Shown piece after piece: positions 1 to 13,309 of a stretch of 64,000 nucleotides of DNA; position 1 is the stretch's first letter, and every line of letters begins with the position of its first letter. The translations under genes were made by a program, and so were the position numbers. This DNA is from Camelus dromedarius (lineage: Eukaryota): contig NC_087436.1 of assembly GCF_036321535.1 (NCBI RefSeq), positions 102,488,001 to 102,552,000 on the forward strand. Direction: 5' to 3'. Under the pieces are notes generated by a model. The model was not told the DNA's origin. It did not search any database and was given only the letters and a program-made list of their open reading frames with translations.

Positions 1-1530
1 CTACATGTGGAACAATCCTCACTGAAAACTAACTGAAGACTAGCAGAATGACTCCTGTACAAACAAGGCTGTAAGGAAGATACAAACCGAATCAGGTAGG
101 AAGGGAAGAGAAGCAATCAGGACCTGTGTTCCTGGGAGGAAACTCAGAAGAAAAGGCAGGTTATAAGCACAGAGACTGCCCCTGGGGAGTGAGTGGTTCA
201 AGTCATATTTTGGACACCCCAGCCCTGGGATTCAACCAAAGAAAGACAAGCCTCCTTGTCTGGTTGGAGTGCTCATGGGACCAACATAAGGGCTGTAGGA
301 AGCTTGGACTCTGCTCCTGAGGAATGAGTGAACGTTTGCTTGCTCCCAAAACAGGGAGGAAAGGAGGGACTGAAACCATGCAGCTGGCTGACTGCTTTCT
401 CATGACCTCCCTGGTGCACACCCCCAGCTGAACCTACTGAACACTCCAGCACCCTTGGCCTCCTGTTACAGCTCCACACTGGAGCATGCGCAGCCATGAC
501 CAAGGAAAAAGCTCAGCCATAAGATGCTACAAAGGTTCAAACCCTAAGCTGTGTCTAAGCAGGAAGGGGGCAGCCATTACTGTCAATTTTGCAAGTTGTA
601 CATCAGAGGCAGATCAGATCTCTGACAACCACCAGATCACCACATCCTGTACCCTGACCCTTGTTGAATACCTAAACTAGCCTCACTTGCACCAGCATTG
701 CTCTCCCCTGGGGCTGAGGGTGCCAGTGCTGGGAGGGGAAAGAGCACACACGTAAAGGGAACTCAGGGCTTCTGTTCCAGCAGCTTGGGACCTGATCCCA
801 CCCCCAACAGGGTAGTGAGAGCCTCTGAGCAGAGAGGAAGCCCCACCTCACAACTGGCTCTGACTCTAACACTTCCATCTCCATCCTTCCTTCCTACCAA
901 GGTGATATCTGCCAACACACCATGAGGAAAAACATGACTTATGTTCACATCAAACCCAGCCCCCCACCAAAGCCATTGGACACACACAGACTGTACAGGG
1001 ATGCTCCCACATAAGGACACTCCTTCAAGGCTGCCATAGGTAAACGTTTCACATAATTTCACAGAGAAGAGAAAGATGAGCAAAATGAGAAGACAGAGGA
1101 ATTTGTTTCAATTGAAAAAGCAAGAGAAAAACCCTGAAAAAAAAAATATCTAATGAAACAGAATAAATACTTTACTAGATAAGGAATTCAAAGCATTAGT
1201 AATTAAAATGCTAACTGAATTAGAAAAGTGTTGAAGAACACAGTGAGAATTTTAATACGGAACTAGAAAATATTAAAAAGAACCAGTAAAAAGTGAAGAA
1301 TATAGCAAATAAAATGAAAACATACTAGAAGGAATGAATAGCAGACTGGGTGATACAGACAAATGCATAAGTGATCTGGAAGATAGAATAATGGAAATCC
1401 TCCAATAAGTACAGCAAAAACCAAAAAATTAAAAAAGAGAACAGTTTAAGTGATCTTTGGAATAATATCAAGCATATCAACATTCTCATTAGATAGTTTT
1501 CAGGAGAAGAGAGAGAGAAAGGGTTTGAAT
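1..1530 (+). mobile_element. LINE-1 5'UTR plus decayed ORF1 N-terminal half
   Basis: From ~1085 it translates, with stops and frameshifts, to L1 ORF1p-like MRRQRNLFQ..LLDKEFKALVIKMLTEL..ILEGMNSRLGDTDKCISDLEDRIMEI..SLSDLWNNIKH. The upstream GC-richer stretch resembles an L1 5'UTR. Confidence 0.85.
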
Positions 1531-1534
1531 ACAG

Positions 1535-1735
1535 GGCCAAATGGAAGCCTCTTAAATGGATCCCTTTCATAAAATACAATAAATCATGAACAAAATACAG
1601 CCCAAGGGAAAATAATGGCACCTATGGAAAGTTTTAAAATGCAGATTGTGGTCCCCATGGTATAACTATTTAATTCACCATCTTAACTCCTAAAAACCAG
1701 TTGAGCCAAGGATTATGAACAGAACAACTTACAAA
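1535..1735 (+). mobile_element. ERVL-type pol (RT N-terminus) fragment, inverted relative to the rest of the provirus
   Basis: Begins ggccaaatggaagcctcttaaa (AKWKPLK), as in ERVL pol GKAKWKPL; later tttaattcacca (FNSP) matches the SPFNSP motif. Confidence 0.65.
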
Positions 1736-2082
1736 CATAGTGCTGTGTTAGAAAAAATGCTTGATATAATCTCTACCCTTTTAAACTTGTTCAGACTGTT
1801 TTGTGGCCAAGCATGTGATCTATCCTGGAGAATATGCCATGTGCACTTGAAGAAAATGTGTATTCTGCTGTTTGGGGATGAAATGACCTTTAGACATCTA
1901 TTAAGTCCAACTGGTCAATGTCATTTATGACTACTGTTTTCTTACTCATTTTCTGTCTGATCTGTCCATTGATATAAGTGGAGTGTTAAAGCCCCCCACT
2001 ATTATTGTATTATTGTCAATTTCTCCCTTTATGTCTGTTAATATTTGTTTTATATATTAGGCACTCCTGGATTGGGTGCATA
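1736..2082 (-). mobile_element. LINE-1 ORF2 endonuclease-domain fragment
   Basis: The reverse complement reads YAPNPG..KQILTDIKGEIDNNTIIVGGFNTPLISMDR..EIISSIFSNT, matching the L1 EN motifs YAPN, GDFNTPL and SDH. Confidence 0.9.
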
Positions 2083-2921
2083 ATGTTGATGGAATTGCAT
2101 TTGGCCTTTCCTACTATTCTTCTTACTCCACAGAAATTAACTGTGATGTCTGCAGACTACAGCAGATGTCCCTTCTGATTATATATTTGTAACTTAGAAA
2201 AGTGATCATCATGAGGGTTTGGGGACCTAATGGATCTTCCGTGAGTCAAACCTGGACCTGAAGTCCTTTTATGACTGGATTGTATGTGCCTGTGCTCTAC
2301 CATGTCAACTGTAATGGCAATTTAGGTATCTAATATCTGAATAAATAGCAAATTTTTCCAATTAGCCATTGAAGTCCTTCACCTCAGTGTATAATTACTC
2401 TATCAATTGTCAGATGTGTTCGGGAAAGAAGTGGGGTAGAATGATCACTGCAGACATTTGCTATAATGTTACAGAGTCTTACTTCATAGGGTTTTGCCTC
2501 TCTTTTAAACCATTATTTCTTGGGCTGAGAAATGGATAAGCTACAAAAACTAGAGCAGGGGCCATGGGAGTCCATTGAGAATTGACTTCACCCTCTTGCT
2601 CATTCAACCTTGATAAATATCTGTGATGGATGTTAAGAAATAGATATTTTTTGCTGCTCATTGATCTTTTCCCTTGAGTTCCCATGCTCTGTTAACAATC
2701 TTTATGCCCATTATGGTTTTATGTCTGTCTTGTTTCTGTCATTTGCCTTCTGCTATTCTGAGATATTATTCCAAAAGCCATTAGGAAGTCCAGTTTTATA
2801 ACATTATCTCCTACTGTCAGCCTCATCCTACCTTGGGGAGCCATTATTGAACTTCCCAGCAATGCTGGATCATTTCCCACAAACATCCTTTGCTAATTTG
2901 GTAAATAGAGTCCTTCTAGAC

Positions 2922-3140
2922 CACTGATTTCCAACCAATAGCAATGCTTTCCCCCCACCCTAAGGAATAAAGTCTGCATACACTTTTGGTTGACACAATT
3001 GAGGAGGTGCTATTAACATCTAGTGTATAATGACTAGGAATGCTGCTAAATATTCTGCAATCCATGAGTTAGTTCCCTACCTCCACAATGAAAAATGATC
3101 AATCTCAAAATGTCAAAAGGGTGGAGGTTGAAAAACTCTT
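2922..3140 (+). mobile_element. MER20-like hAT-Charlie MITE
   Basis: Contains acttttggttgacacaat..gtgctattaacatctagtg..gaatgctgctaaatattctgcaat..caaaatgtcaa..gaggttgaaaaact; about 220 bp. Confidence 0.8.
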
Positions 3141-3859
3141 GTCTACCCCCTTCAAAAAATATAGTCAGCCATTCAATTTTCCAGAACTATACAGTAGCTT
3201 AATTTAGTAATTGCCAATTTTCTAATTTATTTTTTATTCTCCAAAGCCTGCCATGACAGACCTGGCATCTATACTGCATTTAATGTGAACCATCACTTTT
3301 TCCAAACTTCCAACAGTCATCTCATCAGCATGTGAAAACAAGCTTTAGGGACCCTTGCCAAGACATTACATCCTCAGGTGTGACGCAGCATATCTATACC
3401 AACAAAATCTCCTTTATTCAGCTTTACATTCCCCCCAACTTTGGTTCAGCACCCTAAGGATTATCTTTCAGCCCTCCTCAGCCATATCCTTCTAGTATAT
3501 GCTAGCTATGTCCTATAGCTTCTCTAGTGTAAAATTTCTCTCTTCCCTTATCAGATCTGGCATTTCCCCAGACAATGCTGAAATTTGATCTTAGTTATTG
3601 GTTTTATGCCATGAAACAGTGAGAGGAGATCTTTAGAAAGACAAGCATTGCAAAGCATCTATCTTATTTGAAGATTCCTTTCAATCCTAGGATTGATGGA
3701 GGTTTGATCTTCCAACAAAGCAGAGGGAGTCACTTTCTGTAAATCCAGAAGGTTCTGAGAGAGCTCTAATTTTTAAGTTTCTCAGATGCATCTGCACAGA
3801 CATCTCCATCCCAAACTCATTCCACTTCTTATCAGGACCCTGACTTTGGCAGGAAAGAG

Positions 3860-4320
3860 TTGCCTAGTCTAAGAAATGCAACCTTTTCTGAATGTCTCAT
3901 GATCTTACGGTAAGGTGCAAATTTTCACCTTTGTCTTCTGTACTAGTCAGAATCAATTATTTCAAGTTTGACTTCTGACATCTTTTCAACCTAACCTCTC
4001 CATCTTTCCTTTTCTGCCCTATATCAGAGAAATCTGACAAGAAAGCCTGTGTGCTCCCTCCCTTGGTACTAATGTGATTCAAACCACATGACTGACCCCA
4101 ACACCTCACTACCCGAAAACTCCCAATCCAGTATCCTTTCCCTGTTCTCTCAAGATGTTTTACACTTCCTGGAAAGCTGTCCTGCTCTCTCCAGAAAGCC
4201 AGATTATATAATTAACACATCTTTCATACTCTCTCAGCGTGTGTATCACATCATTGACCTCGACAAGCAAACCACATTTTAGGTAGAGGTACATTCTATT
4301 TCTGTGGAGTGGCTGCAACC
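3860..4320 (+). mobile_element. ERVL-class solo LTR (MER54/MER74-like), nested in the ERVL internal region
   Basis: 3' end gtgtgtatcacatcattgacctcgacaagcaaaccacattttagg..ctgtggagtggctgcaac resembles that LTR group; the 5' boundary is uncertain. Confidence 0.5.
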
Positions 4321-4694
4321 AATTCCCTCCAGCTAAAGGAAATTAAGGCATCTTTGAATACTCTCAAAGGGGCCCTTTGACTCTCATATTTTTTGTTAAA
4401 AAGTTATGACTAACGGATACAAATCCATGGCCTTAGTAGTATCCACCCAATTCCACAAGCCTTGTGGGTATTATTCCCCTCCAATTTCTCAAATATCAGA
4501 GACATTGCACAAGGCAGAGCATCTTTTCTACTTTTATGTTGACCTAGTTTACAAAAAGGGAATGTTTCAACAGTCATGCTGCTGGAGCACACCAAGGGCA
4601 ACAAGGCAGGCACTGTGATCCAGGAAACAAATTGTGCAAAATCTAGAACTTCATTCTTAAAGTCCACTTTCTTGGACTGTGTATCTGGTATCAA

Positions 4695-5120
4695 CTGTCT
4701 TAGGTTTTATTCTCCAAGCAGTGCCTCAGATGAGGATTCTCATGCAAAAGTTTTCTTCAAGGATGTGATTTAGGCAAAACGTAAAAGGGAGGGAGGAAAT
4801 CAGAACTGGTCGGGGTAAGAAGCTATGTAAAATGCGTGTTCTTGGCCTGAGCCACAGGAAGCTCTGGAGCATGAATTGCACCTCAGGGTTGTTAATCTCT
4901 TGAGTCAAGGAAGCTGGACTTCCTACTCCCATATCAAGCGGTCATTGGCTTCAGGCTGTCCCTCCTGCAAGGGGTAACTACCTCGTGGTCATAGCTGGGT
5001 AAGATGACATACACGCTGAGCATAATTTTCCAGGATAAATTCCAGGATAATTAACTGCTAAACTCCACAGTGGCTGGTGGACGGGTGCATCATCTGATAA
5101 AGGACGATCCATGTGACATC
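4695..5120 (-). mobile_element. LTR16-like ERVL LTR
   Basis: tgtcttaggttttattctccaagcagtgcctcagatgaggattctcatgcaa..ggaagctctggagcatgaattgcacc..gtcattggct is typical of antisense LTR16. Confidence 0.7.
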
Positions 5121-5199
5121 AAGAAAATGTATTTCCTACATCGTTAGACGAATTTATAAGTGAGAAGAATAGTCCAGTTAGGTGTTGTAAAAGCATACA

Positions 5200-5410
5200 C
5201 TTAGCTTCTTCCAAGAATAAAAAGGACAGTTCTGCTGTAGCCAAGTGGGCAGGGAAGAGTGATCTCAGATGAAGTGGAAGAGGGAGGAAGGGGCTAGGTC
5301 AGCTAAGAGACTGAAGTTTATCTTAATTGTGACAGGAAGGTTTGAAAAGATTTCAGACGAAGAATGGGGCAATCTCATGTTACATTTTTATAGTTGATCT
5401 TTTTAAGAGT
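5200..5410 (-). mobile_element. L2 fragment
   Basis: Purine-rich antisense L2 pattern (tttatcttaattgtgacaggaag..atctcatgttacattttt). Confidence 0.55.
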
Positions 5411-7142
5411 TAATAAGCCTTTGTTATTGAAATCCTTTCCTAGATAAAGAGGACTTGAAGTTTCCAAGGGAGCAGGTGCAGGAAGGTAGGAGCAGTGACA
5501 TACACTTTACTAAACTGTTACTATTTTGATATTAAGATGAAAGAGAAGATAGGAAATGATTTTAAAAAATGATGGTTAAAAAAAGAATATATTGACAATG
5601 GAATTCTCACTCACCTTGGTGAGGAAAGATTGGAAAAATGATTTGAAATGTTCGAACATTAAAAAAAATCTCTCTTTTCACATTATCGATTGGGCAAATC
5701 ACATTTATTACATATGTAAAAGACATAGCTAAAGTATGAGGGGCATATATTGTGTCATTTAGACCATCAAGACAAGCTTTTTGTCATTGGACTGTGACAG
5801 AAAGTGTGTCCTTTATGTAGTACAGAGTCTCACACACAATCAAGTTTCAATATATATGCAAAATTTCTTGATAAGCTTTATTTCACAAAGACAGGGAAAA
5901 AAGAAGAAACATATTCCAAAGTGTTTCTATTATTTCATCTCATGCCTTTCATTGCCATACCATTTCTTTATTAAATTGAATATTATGTTCACCAAACATA
6001 TTTTTAAGAACTAACATGTAGGTGATAACTTTTAAATGATGCTATGTCCGAGTGACATAAATCGTTCATTTTACTAGAAAATTATAGTTTTCATACATTT
6101 TTCCCATTTTAGCCTAATCATTTAGAATATGTCAATAGTCTTGTAGAAAGAGAATATTCTAGTAACTGGGATAACAAACAGTTGTAGTAGATACTGGTGG
6201 TACATAGTATGAAAGATGTTAACTACTGATTAAAATATAAAAGAATAAAATTTGGGGGAATTTACCTAGATTATGTTTATGAGTTTAGCACCACTTACGG
6301 TAAATAAATTTCATGTTTAATGATAGAATTATAGTAGAAAACAAGATAAATATATGAAAAGTACACCATGCTGTATTAAATTCAAATAAAATGAACTCCT
6401 TCTTATATTTTATGTGTAGTAATATACATATATCTTATATACACATTCGATATCATCATAATTACTATGGTAGGTTCTTTATTTAATTAAAACTACCATA
6501 TTTTTAATTACTTGCAATTTCTCCTTATTATATTCCAGTCTATTAAAACTTAGGTCATAAAGATAAAAGAGAAATAGGAAGCTTTTCTTCCCTCTGGAAT
6601 ATTGATATTCTGAAATTAATGATTCTAAAGAGGATGCTGGCATCCCAGGCTGCAAACAGATCGATGATCATGAATGTGAAATCTAAACTATAGGATTTTG
6701 AACTGAACTGTGAAATAAGTGAAGTTCCACAGATAATGAAAAGGAAAAAAATTTATTTTGGAACTACATCTTTTCTGCAGTTCCTCATTACCAAATACTA
6801 AATGACTCTCTTGCAGGATGTACTTGCTTTGGGAAAGAACTGAGATTTTGCAGTCAAAAGAAAGAGCCAAGATTTTTAGTCAAGCTAAAATTTTATGTAA
6901 CTCAGCATTATAGAAATAAAAGTTATTTTTAAGCTGATTTTCTTCACACATTTTTCTTACAGACAATGGCCCTAGTTGTCAGCCAGCTCCCCATCTCTTA
7001 GAGTTTAAGTGTATATATTTTTATGCAGTTCTGGAAAGTAGTAAAAAATAAATAAAATACTCTTTGGATTTTGTTAGGCAAGTTTGACAAAGCAAAAATA
7101 TAATAGATACCTTATTATAGTAAAGAAAAAAAATTCTAAGTA

Positions 7143-7592
7143 TTGTGGATTGAATTTAGTCCTCCCCACAAAAGACAAGTTGAAGTCCTAATCCCCAGTA
7201 CCTTAATCAGAAACAGGATCATTATAGAGGTAATTATGTTAAAATGAGGTCCTAAGGGTGGGCCTAATCCAATGTGACTGAAGTCCTTCTAAAAATGAGA
7301 AATTTGGGCTAATGGACACACACACAGTGAAGATAAGGTGAAGAGTTAAATGGAAAACACCACGTGAGTCGGAGCCAGAGACTGGAATTATGCTAACACA
7401 AACCAAAAAACATCTGGGGCTACCAGAATTTGGAAGATGCTAGGCAGACTTCCCCTACAGATTTTAGAGGGAGCAGGAACTGTTAACACCTTGGTTTCTG
7501 ACTATGAAGCACAACTATGAGACTAAAATTGCTGTTGTTACATAAGCCACTCCATGCATGGTGCCTTGCATAATAGTCTTAGTAAACTAATA
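7143..7592 (+). mobile_element. MLT1B-like MaLR LTR
   Basis: gttgaagtcctaatccccagtacc..taaaatgaggtc..agggtgggcctaatccaatgtgactg..taagccac..aaactaata. Confidence 0.85.
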
Positions 7593-8214
7593 GTAAGGAT
7601 ATACTTCTGATAATTAAATGATATTATGATATAACCCAGGGAGATGACAGAAACAAGTAAGTCAGTTCATATTTTGTCTCAGTTAAAACTCTTAATAATT
7701 TAATTGAGGAATTATCTACATTTTCGAAGTAACAAATAACCAGGTAATTCTCTAGGATGTTTCAGACAACCACACTTTTATTCTTAAAATTCAATAGAGG
7801 CAATATTGTTTGAAATGTTAATACTATTAGTCTTTCACTTAGGTGTTTTTATATTATACCAAAATTCACCAAAATTCCTAAGCATTTAACCTGAAAAATG
7901 AAGCCAGGGCTGTAAGTACATATCTTTCACTTAGTGAGTCTGTGGCTTAACTATGTTAACATTTATGATACCTACATCCAGAATTAGCACGGTGTCATTT
8001 TCTCTCCTTACTTCACATTTCAGTATTATACTTGGAAATCTAAACTGCAATTTACAAATTGCCAGAGGCTCAGTGTGGGAAACTCTAAGTACTAAAAAAT
8101 TCCAGAGGGATCCAATGCTATGGATGCTCTGCATGTCAGTGATTTCTACCTCCAAGAGGTCTACCAGGTTCATACAGTGGCTATCAGAGGAAAATCCCCA
8201 TTATGCTTTTCTAG

Positions 8215-8735
8215 AGTAACTATTAACCTATCAGAATTTTACTGCAGCTCAACTGACCCAGAGGAAGAGAAAGATCCAACTCCAGGCTCTGCTTAGGCTT
8301 CTACACGGGGAAAAGGAATTACTGAACTCCTGCCCCTCCTAACCATTCTTCCCTCTGAGACGCACTTGTGAAGGTCATAGTTTAGGAACACAGACTCACT
8401 AAAAGACAGATCTAATCATAGGACTAGAGAACACTTCCTCTCTTCCTATAGGTTACTACCACATCACTAAAGTCTATTTGCAGAAGTTCCTTTAATGAAC
8501 TATATCATTTCAGGCTTTCACAAAAAAAAAAAAAAAAAAGACAAGGTGTAATAAAGGCAAAAATCACAGTTTGAATAGACAGAACAGACTCAGATATGAA
8601 AGGAATAGATTGACTTTAGTCACATTATCAGACCAGCCATTGCAGGATACATGATTAATATACAAAAGTCAATTGCTTCCCTATATAGCAGCAATGAATA
8701 AGTGGAATTTGAAATTAAAAACACAGTATCATTAA
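8215..8735 (+). mobile_element. Old L1 (L1MC/L1M4-like): 5'-region fragment joined to a short ORF2 fragment
   Basis: 5'-region text followed at ~8640 by tgcaggatacatgattaatatacaaaagtcaattgc (RT-region GYKINxQKS). Confidence 0.6.
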
Positions 8736-9539
8736 TATAGACTTTCCTTTCTATTATTCCATAAATTTTATGACCCTTTTTTCCCAGGAAATGTATACTT
8801 TTTTTGTGATTGTTATAAAATTACTTGATTAAAGGTGGCTTTTGTCAATTCCCACATATGAAATATGTTAATGTAATTTTTACTACCTTAGGGTGGAAGA
8901 AGAATAATAAAACACTGTGCAGTATCTCCACATATAGAAACAGGTCTTTTCAAATGACTGTAGCTGATAAAGTAGCACAATAGAGTAAGAGTGGACAAGA
9001 GAAATATCATCCTATGACATCAAGGTCAAAAATCAAAAGTATTTCCTATTTTCTCCTGAGTAAAATCTCCACTGTTAATGACTGCATGCAAGTTTTCAGA
9101 CAACCCTGAACATGGAAGATGAGTTGTTGTCCTTCTGTGTCCTTCCTTAGGCTGGACATAAAACACTGCATTTTCTACTCTCTTGTAGCCAGTTAACATC
9201 ACTGCCTGAGATAAGTGTTCCGTGAAATTATAAGGCAGTATTTTTTTTGAATGGCAAAGGATCTAAAACAAAGAGTCAAAAGAAATTATATGCAAAGTAT
9301 TGACACACTTTGATAGAGGCAGGCTGGTGAGAGGATAGTTGATGAATAAAAGAAAGCCCAGATTAGCCTAAGAAAATACATAATACAGTAAAATATTCGG
9401 AAAAGATAAAGTGCTACATGATGTTCTAGGGCATAGGAGTGAGTGAAAAGAAGGGAAGGAAGGGAAAAGTCTCAAATGATACATTTTATATTTAGCCAAT
9501 TTTTATAAACAGCTTTCTATTAGCCTGTTGCTATTTTTG

Positions 9540-9780
9540 TTTTTATATGTATTGTTTATGTTTATATAACATAAATATTTATATAGACGTTGAATATATT
9601 GAATGTTTATATTTGCATAATATAAATATTCATACATGTTCATTAAATAATGTATTACCTATTCATATTATTTCATCTCTATAAAGCGTTTATATAGTTT
9701 ATATAATTAATATTACATATTATCAATAATTATTTTACCTATATTTTATATTACATATATTTCATATTTTACATTTTTTT
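9540..9780. repeat. AT-rich low-complexity tract
   Basis: Almost entirely A/T with degenerate TA repeats. Confidence 0.8.
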
Positions 9781-10249
9781 CGTATTCAGTAACCCTGAAA
9801 AATGTTTTAGAAAAACTATTCTAATGTTTAAAAAATTTATTAAAATAATGCAGTGCTTGAGTTGACATGAAGTACTATTCAGGCTGTTCAGCTTGCTTGT
9901 TTTTCAGGTTTGCTAGCACATACATTTTATTTCACAGTATTTGAGAATTAAAACAATTATCATAAGGGTATTTAACTAAGAATTTTTTATGTGTAAAGTG
10001 AAAGGGTTGGATATAATCTTCACTGTGTACCTTTTCAGTTTTAAAATTATTTCAGCTATGCTTTGCATTGTATCCTTTTCAACTCTTAATAATTATAATA
10101 CGACATTTAATTCCAAAACTTGTCTCCAAATGTGGAATTTATTGTCCTCGTTTTAAAGAGCAAGAATCAGGACTTTCCAAATTCATGACAGTGAATATTT
10201 GGACCAGGATTCAAACTTTACAACATGAATATTGATGGCTTTCTGTGTG

Positions 10250-10400
10250 GTACACAGTACAATGACAGGGAACACAGAAAATGAGGTCATATAGATGTGA
10301 GTCCAAACACTGTTTTTCCCCTAATTAGATGTGTCCTTAATCAATTTTTTTAATCTCCTTAAGCCTCAATTCTCTCACTCCTATAAGCAGACATTTACAG
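10250..10400 (+). mobile_element. MIR fragment
   Basis: ttaatctccttaagcctcaattctctcactcctataa resembles the MIR core. Confidence 0.55.
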
Positions 10401-11439
10401 AACAAATCATTGTTTTTTGCCTCCCTCCTAAATAAGTTAGAACTCAGAGTTTACTATTTGCCTAGGAATCTAGGAGGATTTATTCAGCTGCAAAATAAAT
10501 AACCAATTCTCTTTATTTTTTACCATGTGAGTGGATTTTATTGGCTTCAAAGCAGTATGATTTTAAATGCATGAGGTATTTTTGCATTTAAATTATTTTT
10601 AAATTGCTAGAATATAGATTTTTTTGTCCAGTTTATGCTCAGGTTAATAATGCCATGTCCAATGTTTGTCATTTTAATGGCTTTTAATTGTCCTTTGGTC
10701 AATATAGGCATATGTTAAATGTGACTTTCTTGCAGTTTGTCCACATGTAGCCATCATAATTGGAACTTTCAAACATGCAGAGAAAACTGAGTAGCAAAAT
10801 TATAATTAACTACGTTCACATGTGCTTTCACTCCTGGTTAATTGTCACATGTATGGTAAGTCATAGATTTCTGGAAGTAAGTAGTGTCGTAAAGACCACT
10901 GATTCTATTATAATCATTGTAAAGAAAACATAGAAAATATTAAATTTAGGAGTTATATTTACTGATGGATTGAAGAGGCAAATATAGACTAATGCATCTG
11001 TGGGTCTTCCAGCACTCCATTTATTACATATCCCATCTTCCATTGACTTAATCACAAGTCTACCACAAAAGGTTTTGAGGAATTTAACGTGTGCCTTGGC
11101 ATTTCCCTCCTAACAGAAAATAAGGTAAAAATAGCATAACATATTTTAATGATTAAGACAAACTGTGTTAGTTTAATAGATAATTACTCATTATTAGATT
11201 ATTTTAAACTATCTTTTAGGCAATCCATTCTAGAACTTTTCAACAATTAAATTAATTGTTTACTGCTTGATAATTTCTTGAGTACAATATTTTCCCAAGC
11301 TTAAAGTGTTGAATAAAATATCTTTTTATGCTTCTATAGAATATCAACATAAGTTCACATTTTTAAACTTTAGGACATGTTTGCTTTCTCTGTCTCTGCT
11401 CTCTTCATATGTGCATATGTATATTTAAATATACACAGT

Positions 11440-11800
11440 TTTTGCTGAAAGATTTTATTTAGTTGCAGACACTGACATTTATTTCACCATGTATTGCCCA
11501 AGAACCAGGTCATTCTTCCACATAACTGCAGTATAATTATGACACTGAGAGAATTCAATATAATATGCAGTTTACATTCAAAAATCTCCATATTCTTCCC
11601 TAATCTTCATAGCTGCTTCATATCTTTAGAATTAAAGAAGCACATGCTCATCTTAATTGGAAAGGATGTTAAGTTTCTTAAATCTAGAACACTTCACCAA
11701 AGTGTTTTGTCTTTCATGGCATTGTTTTTTTTGTTTGTTTGTTTGTTTGTTTTTAATTCTAGGCCAATTGTTTTGCAGTTACCATATATCCTTAATTATT
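11440..11800 (-). mobile_element. L1MC4/5-like 3'UTR fragment
   Basis: agttgcagaca..ccaagaaccaggtcattcttccacataactgcagtataattat pattern. Confidence 0.55.
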
Positions 11801-12392
11801 CACTCCAGCTTGTTCTAAAAGTGACAACTGTAAGTTTCTTTTGCCCAAAGGCCATGGTTTGTCTGGAATTGTAAACACGTTATGGTTCATTTAAGGTAGT
11901 TCTCTCATAACTTTGTATTATTTGTTCCAGCCTTTTAAATTTAAAGAACTTTAGAGTTTCAATTTAAAGACTGTCTTAAAAAAGTAAAACAGACAAACGA
12001 AAACAGACACAAAATTCAGGAGTTTAAAGCAACCGTGTGTCGTAGGTCACAGACGTTATATTGTCTGTAGGTTACAGGCTGCATTACATTGTTGAAGCAC
12101 TTTGACAACCGCTGACTTTGCATGACTGTGAGAACACTATGAGCCGTTTTGATTTTGGTTAACATGTTTTCTCTTCTTTTCCCTTAAAACATATTATTCC
12201 AGTTAGTTCTACTTTTATCCAGGTTAGACTGTAAGTGCCCCAATGCTCAGGATAACATTTCTATTTTAATTTTCTTCTTGTCCTTCGATGGTAGTCCCAT
12301 CTCTGACTCAGTACTATTTGTTAAAAGAAGTGGAGATTCAATGGAATTTTGCCATTACCAGTAGTTTACTGGAAATCTCCAACAAGTGTCTC

Positions 12393-12795
12393 GATTATTG
12401 GTTTGATAGAGATACTGTTAAATAAAAATGCCACAGACTGGGTGGCTTGAGCAACAGAAATGCACGTTCTCAGATTTCTGGAGCCCAAAAGTCTGAGATC
12501 AAGGTATTGTCAGAGATGGCTTCTCCTGAGCTTTCTCTCCTTGCTTTGAAGATGCTCACTTTTTTCCCATGTATGTCACATGGCATTCTCTCTGTGTATG
12601 TCTGTGTCCTGATCTCCTATCCTTATAAAGATACTAGTCATATAGGATTAGGATCTACCCTAATGACATTATTTATTCTAACTTAATTGCCTTCTTAAAA
12701 GGCAATTGCCCCTATCTCCAAATACAGTAACATTCACTGGGAGTTAGAACTTCAACAAATGAATTTGAGGAGGTGACGCAATTCACCCCATAACA
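12393..12795 (-). mobile_element. MLT1A/B-like MaLR LTR
   Basis: ccacagactgggtggctt..aagtctgagatcaagg..ctatctccaaatacagt..acttcaacaaatgaattt..cccataaca. Confidence 0.85.
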
Positions 12796-13309
12796 CTGGG
12801 TTACCTCCAACAGGTTAAGTAGGCATGCATGGAAATTCAGGGAGGCAGAAACTGGGGGACAAGTCAACTGTTACTTCCGGGACAAAGTCCAGGTGGGTGT
12901 CAGGAAATTGTATTTAAGGAAATAATGATGATAACTAGTTGGCATTGGGAGAAAAAAAGATTTTAAAAAAATCTGTTAAGATCAATGGGCAGAATGTAAA
13001 TGCAGTTCACACCAGGGAAATCTGTTAACTTATAACAAGATCAAAAGCAAAAAGCAAAATTTCTTAGGCAGATCTAGAATTCTCTAGGCTTCACCTGGCA
13101 AGAACAATGTATTGCCCTAATCTTAGATGAAAAAAACAAAGTTTTTCCACTTAAGATAAATAGGATATAAAATGGAAATTTGATGTCAGGCACCAATCTC
13201 CTTCATTCATTCATTCATTGGTGTCTTCACTCATTCATTCAAGAAAAACATTGAAAAAGTCTACAAATAACTTATTATAAATATATACCATATATAAGTA
13301 TTATTAATG

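Larger units (their letters stand above)
2090..4694 (-). mobile_element. Decayed ERVL internal region (HERV16/ERV3-16A3-like gag-pro-pol), interrupted by MER20 and another LTR
   Basis: The minus strand near 2100-2130 reads ctgtggagtaagagaatagtaggaaaggccaaatg (ERVL CGVR..VGKAK). The region abuts an LTR16-like LTR at 4695. Confidence 0.6.

Noticed and set aside
126..1621. Cluster of overlapping 64-106 aa ORFs
   Set aside because: They lie in the L1 5'UTR or antisense to L1 ORF1; no gene-like features.
7931..8219. Overlapping 80-88 aa ORFs on both strands
   Set aside because: No recognisable homology or splice context; consistent with chance.
11494..11874. 126-aa ORF
   Set aside because: Overlaps an antisense L1 3'UTR remnant and a (TTTG)n tract.
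12685..12707. 9-bp stem hairpin aattgcctt-N5-aaggcaatt
   Set aside because: Lies inside a MaLR LTR and is too short for a miRNA or structured RNA.
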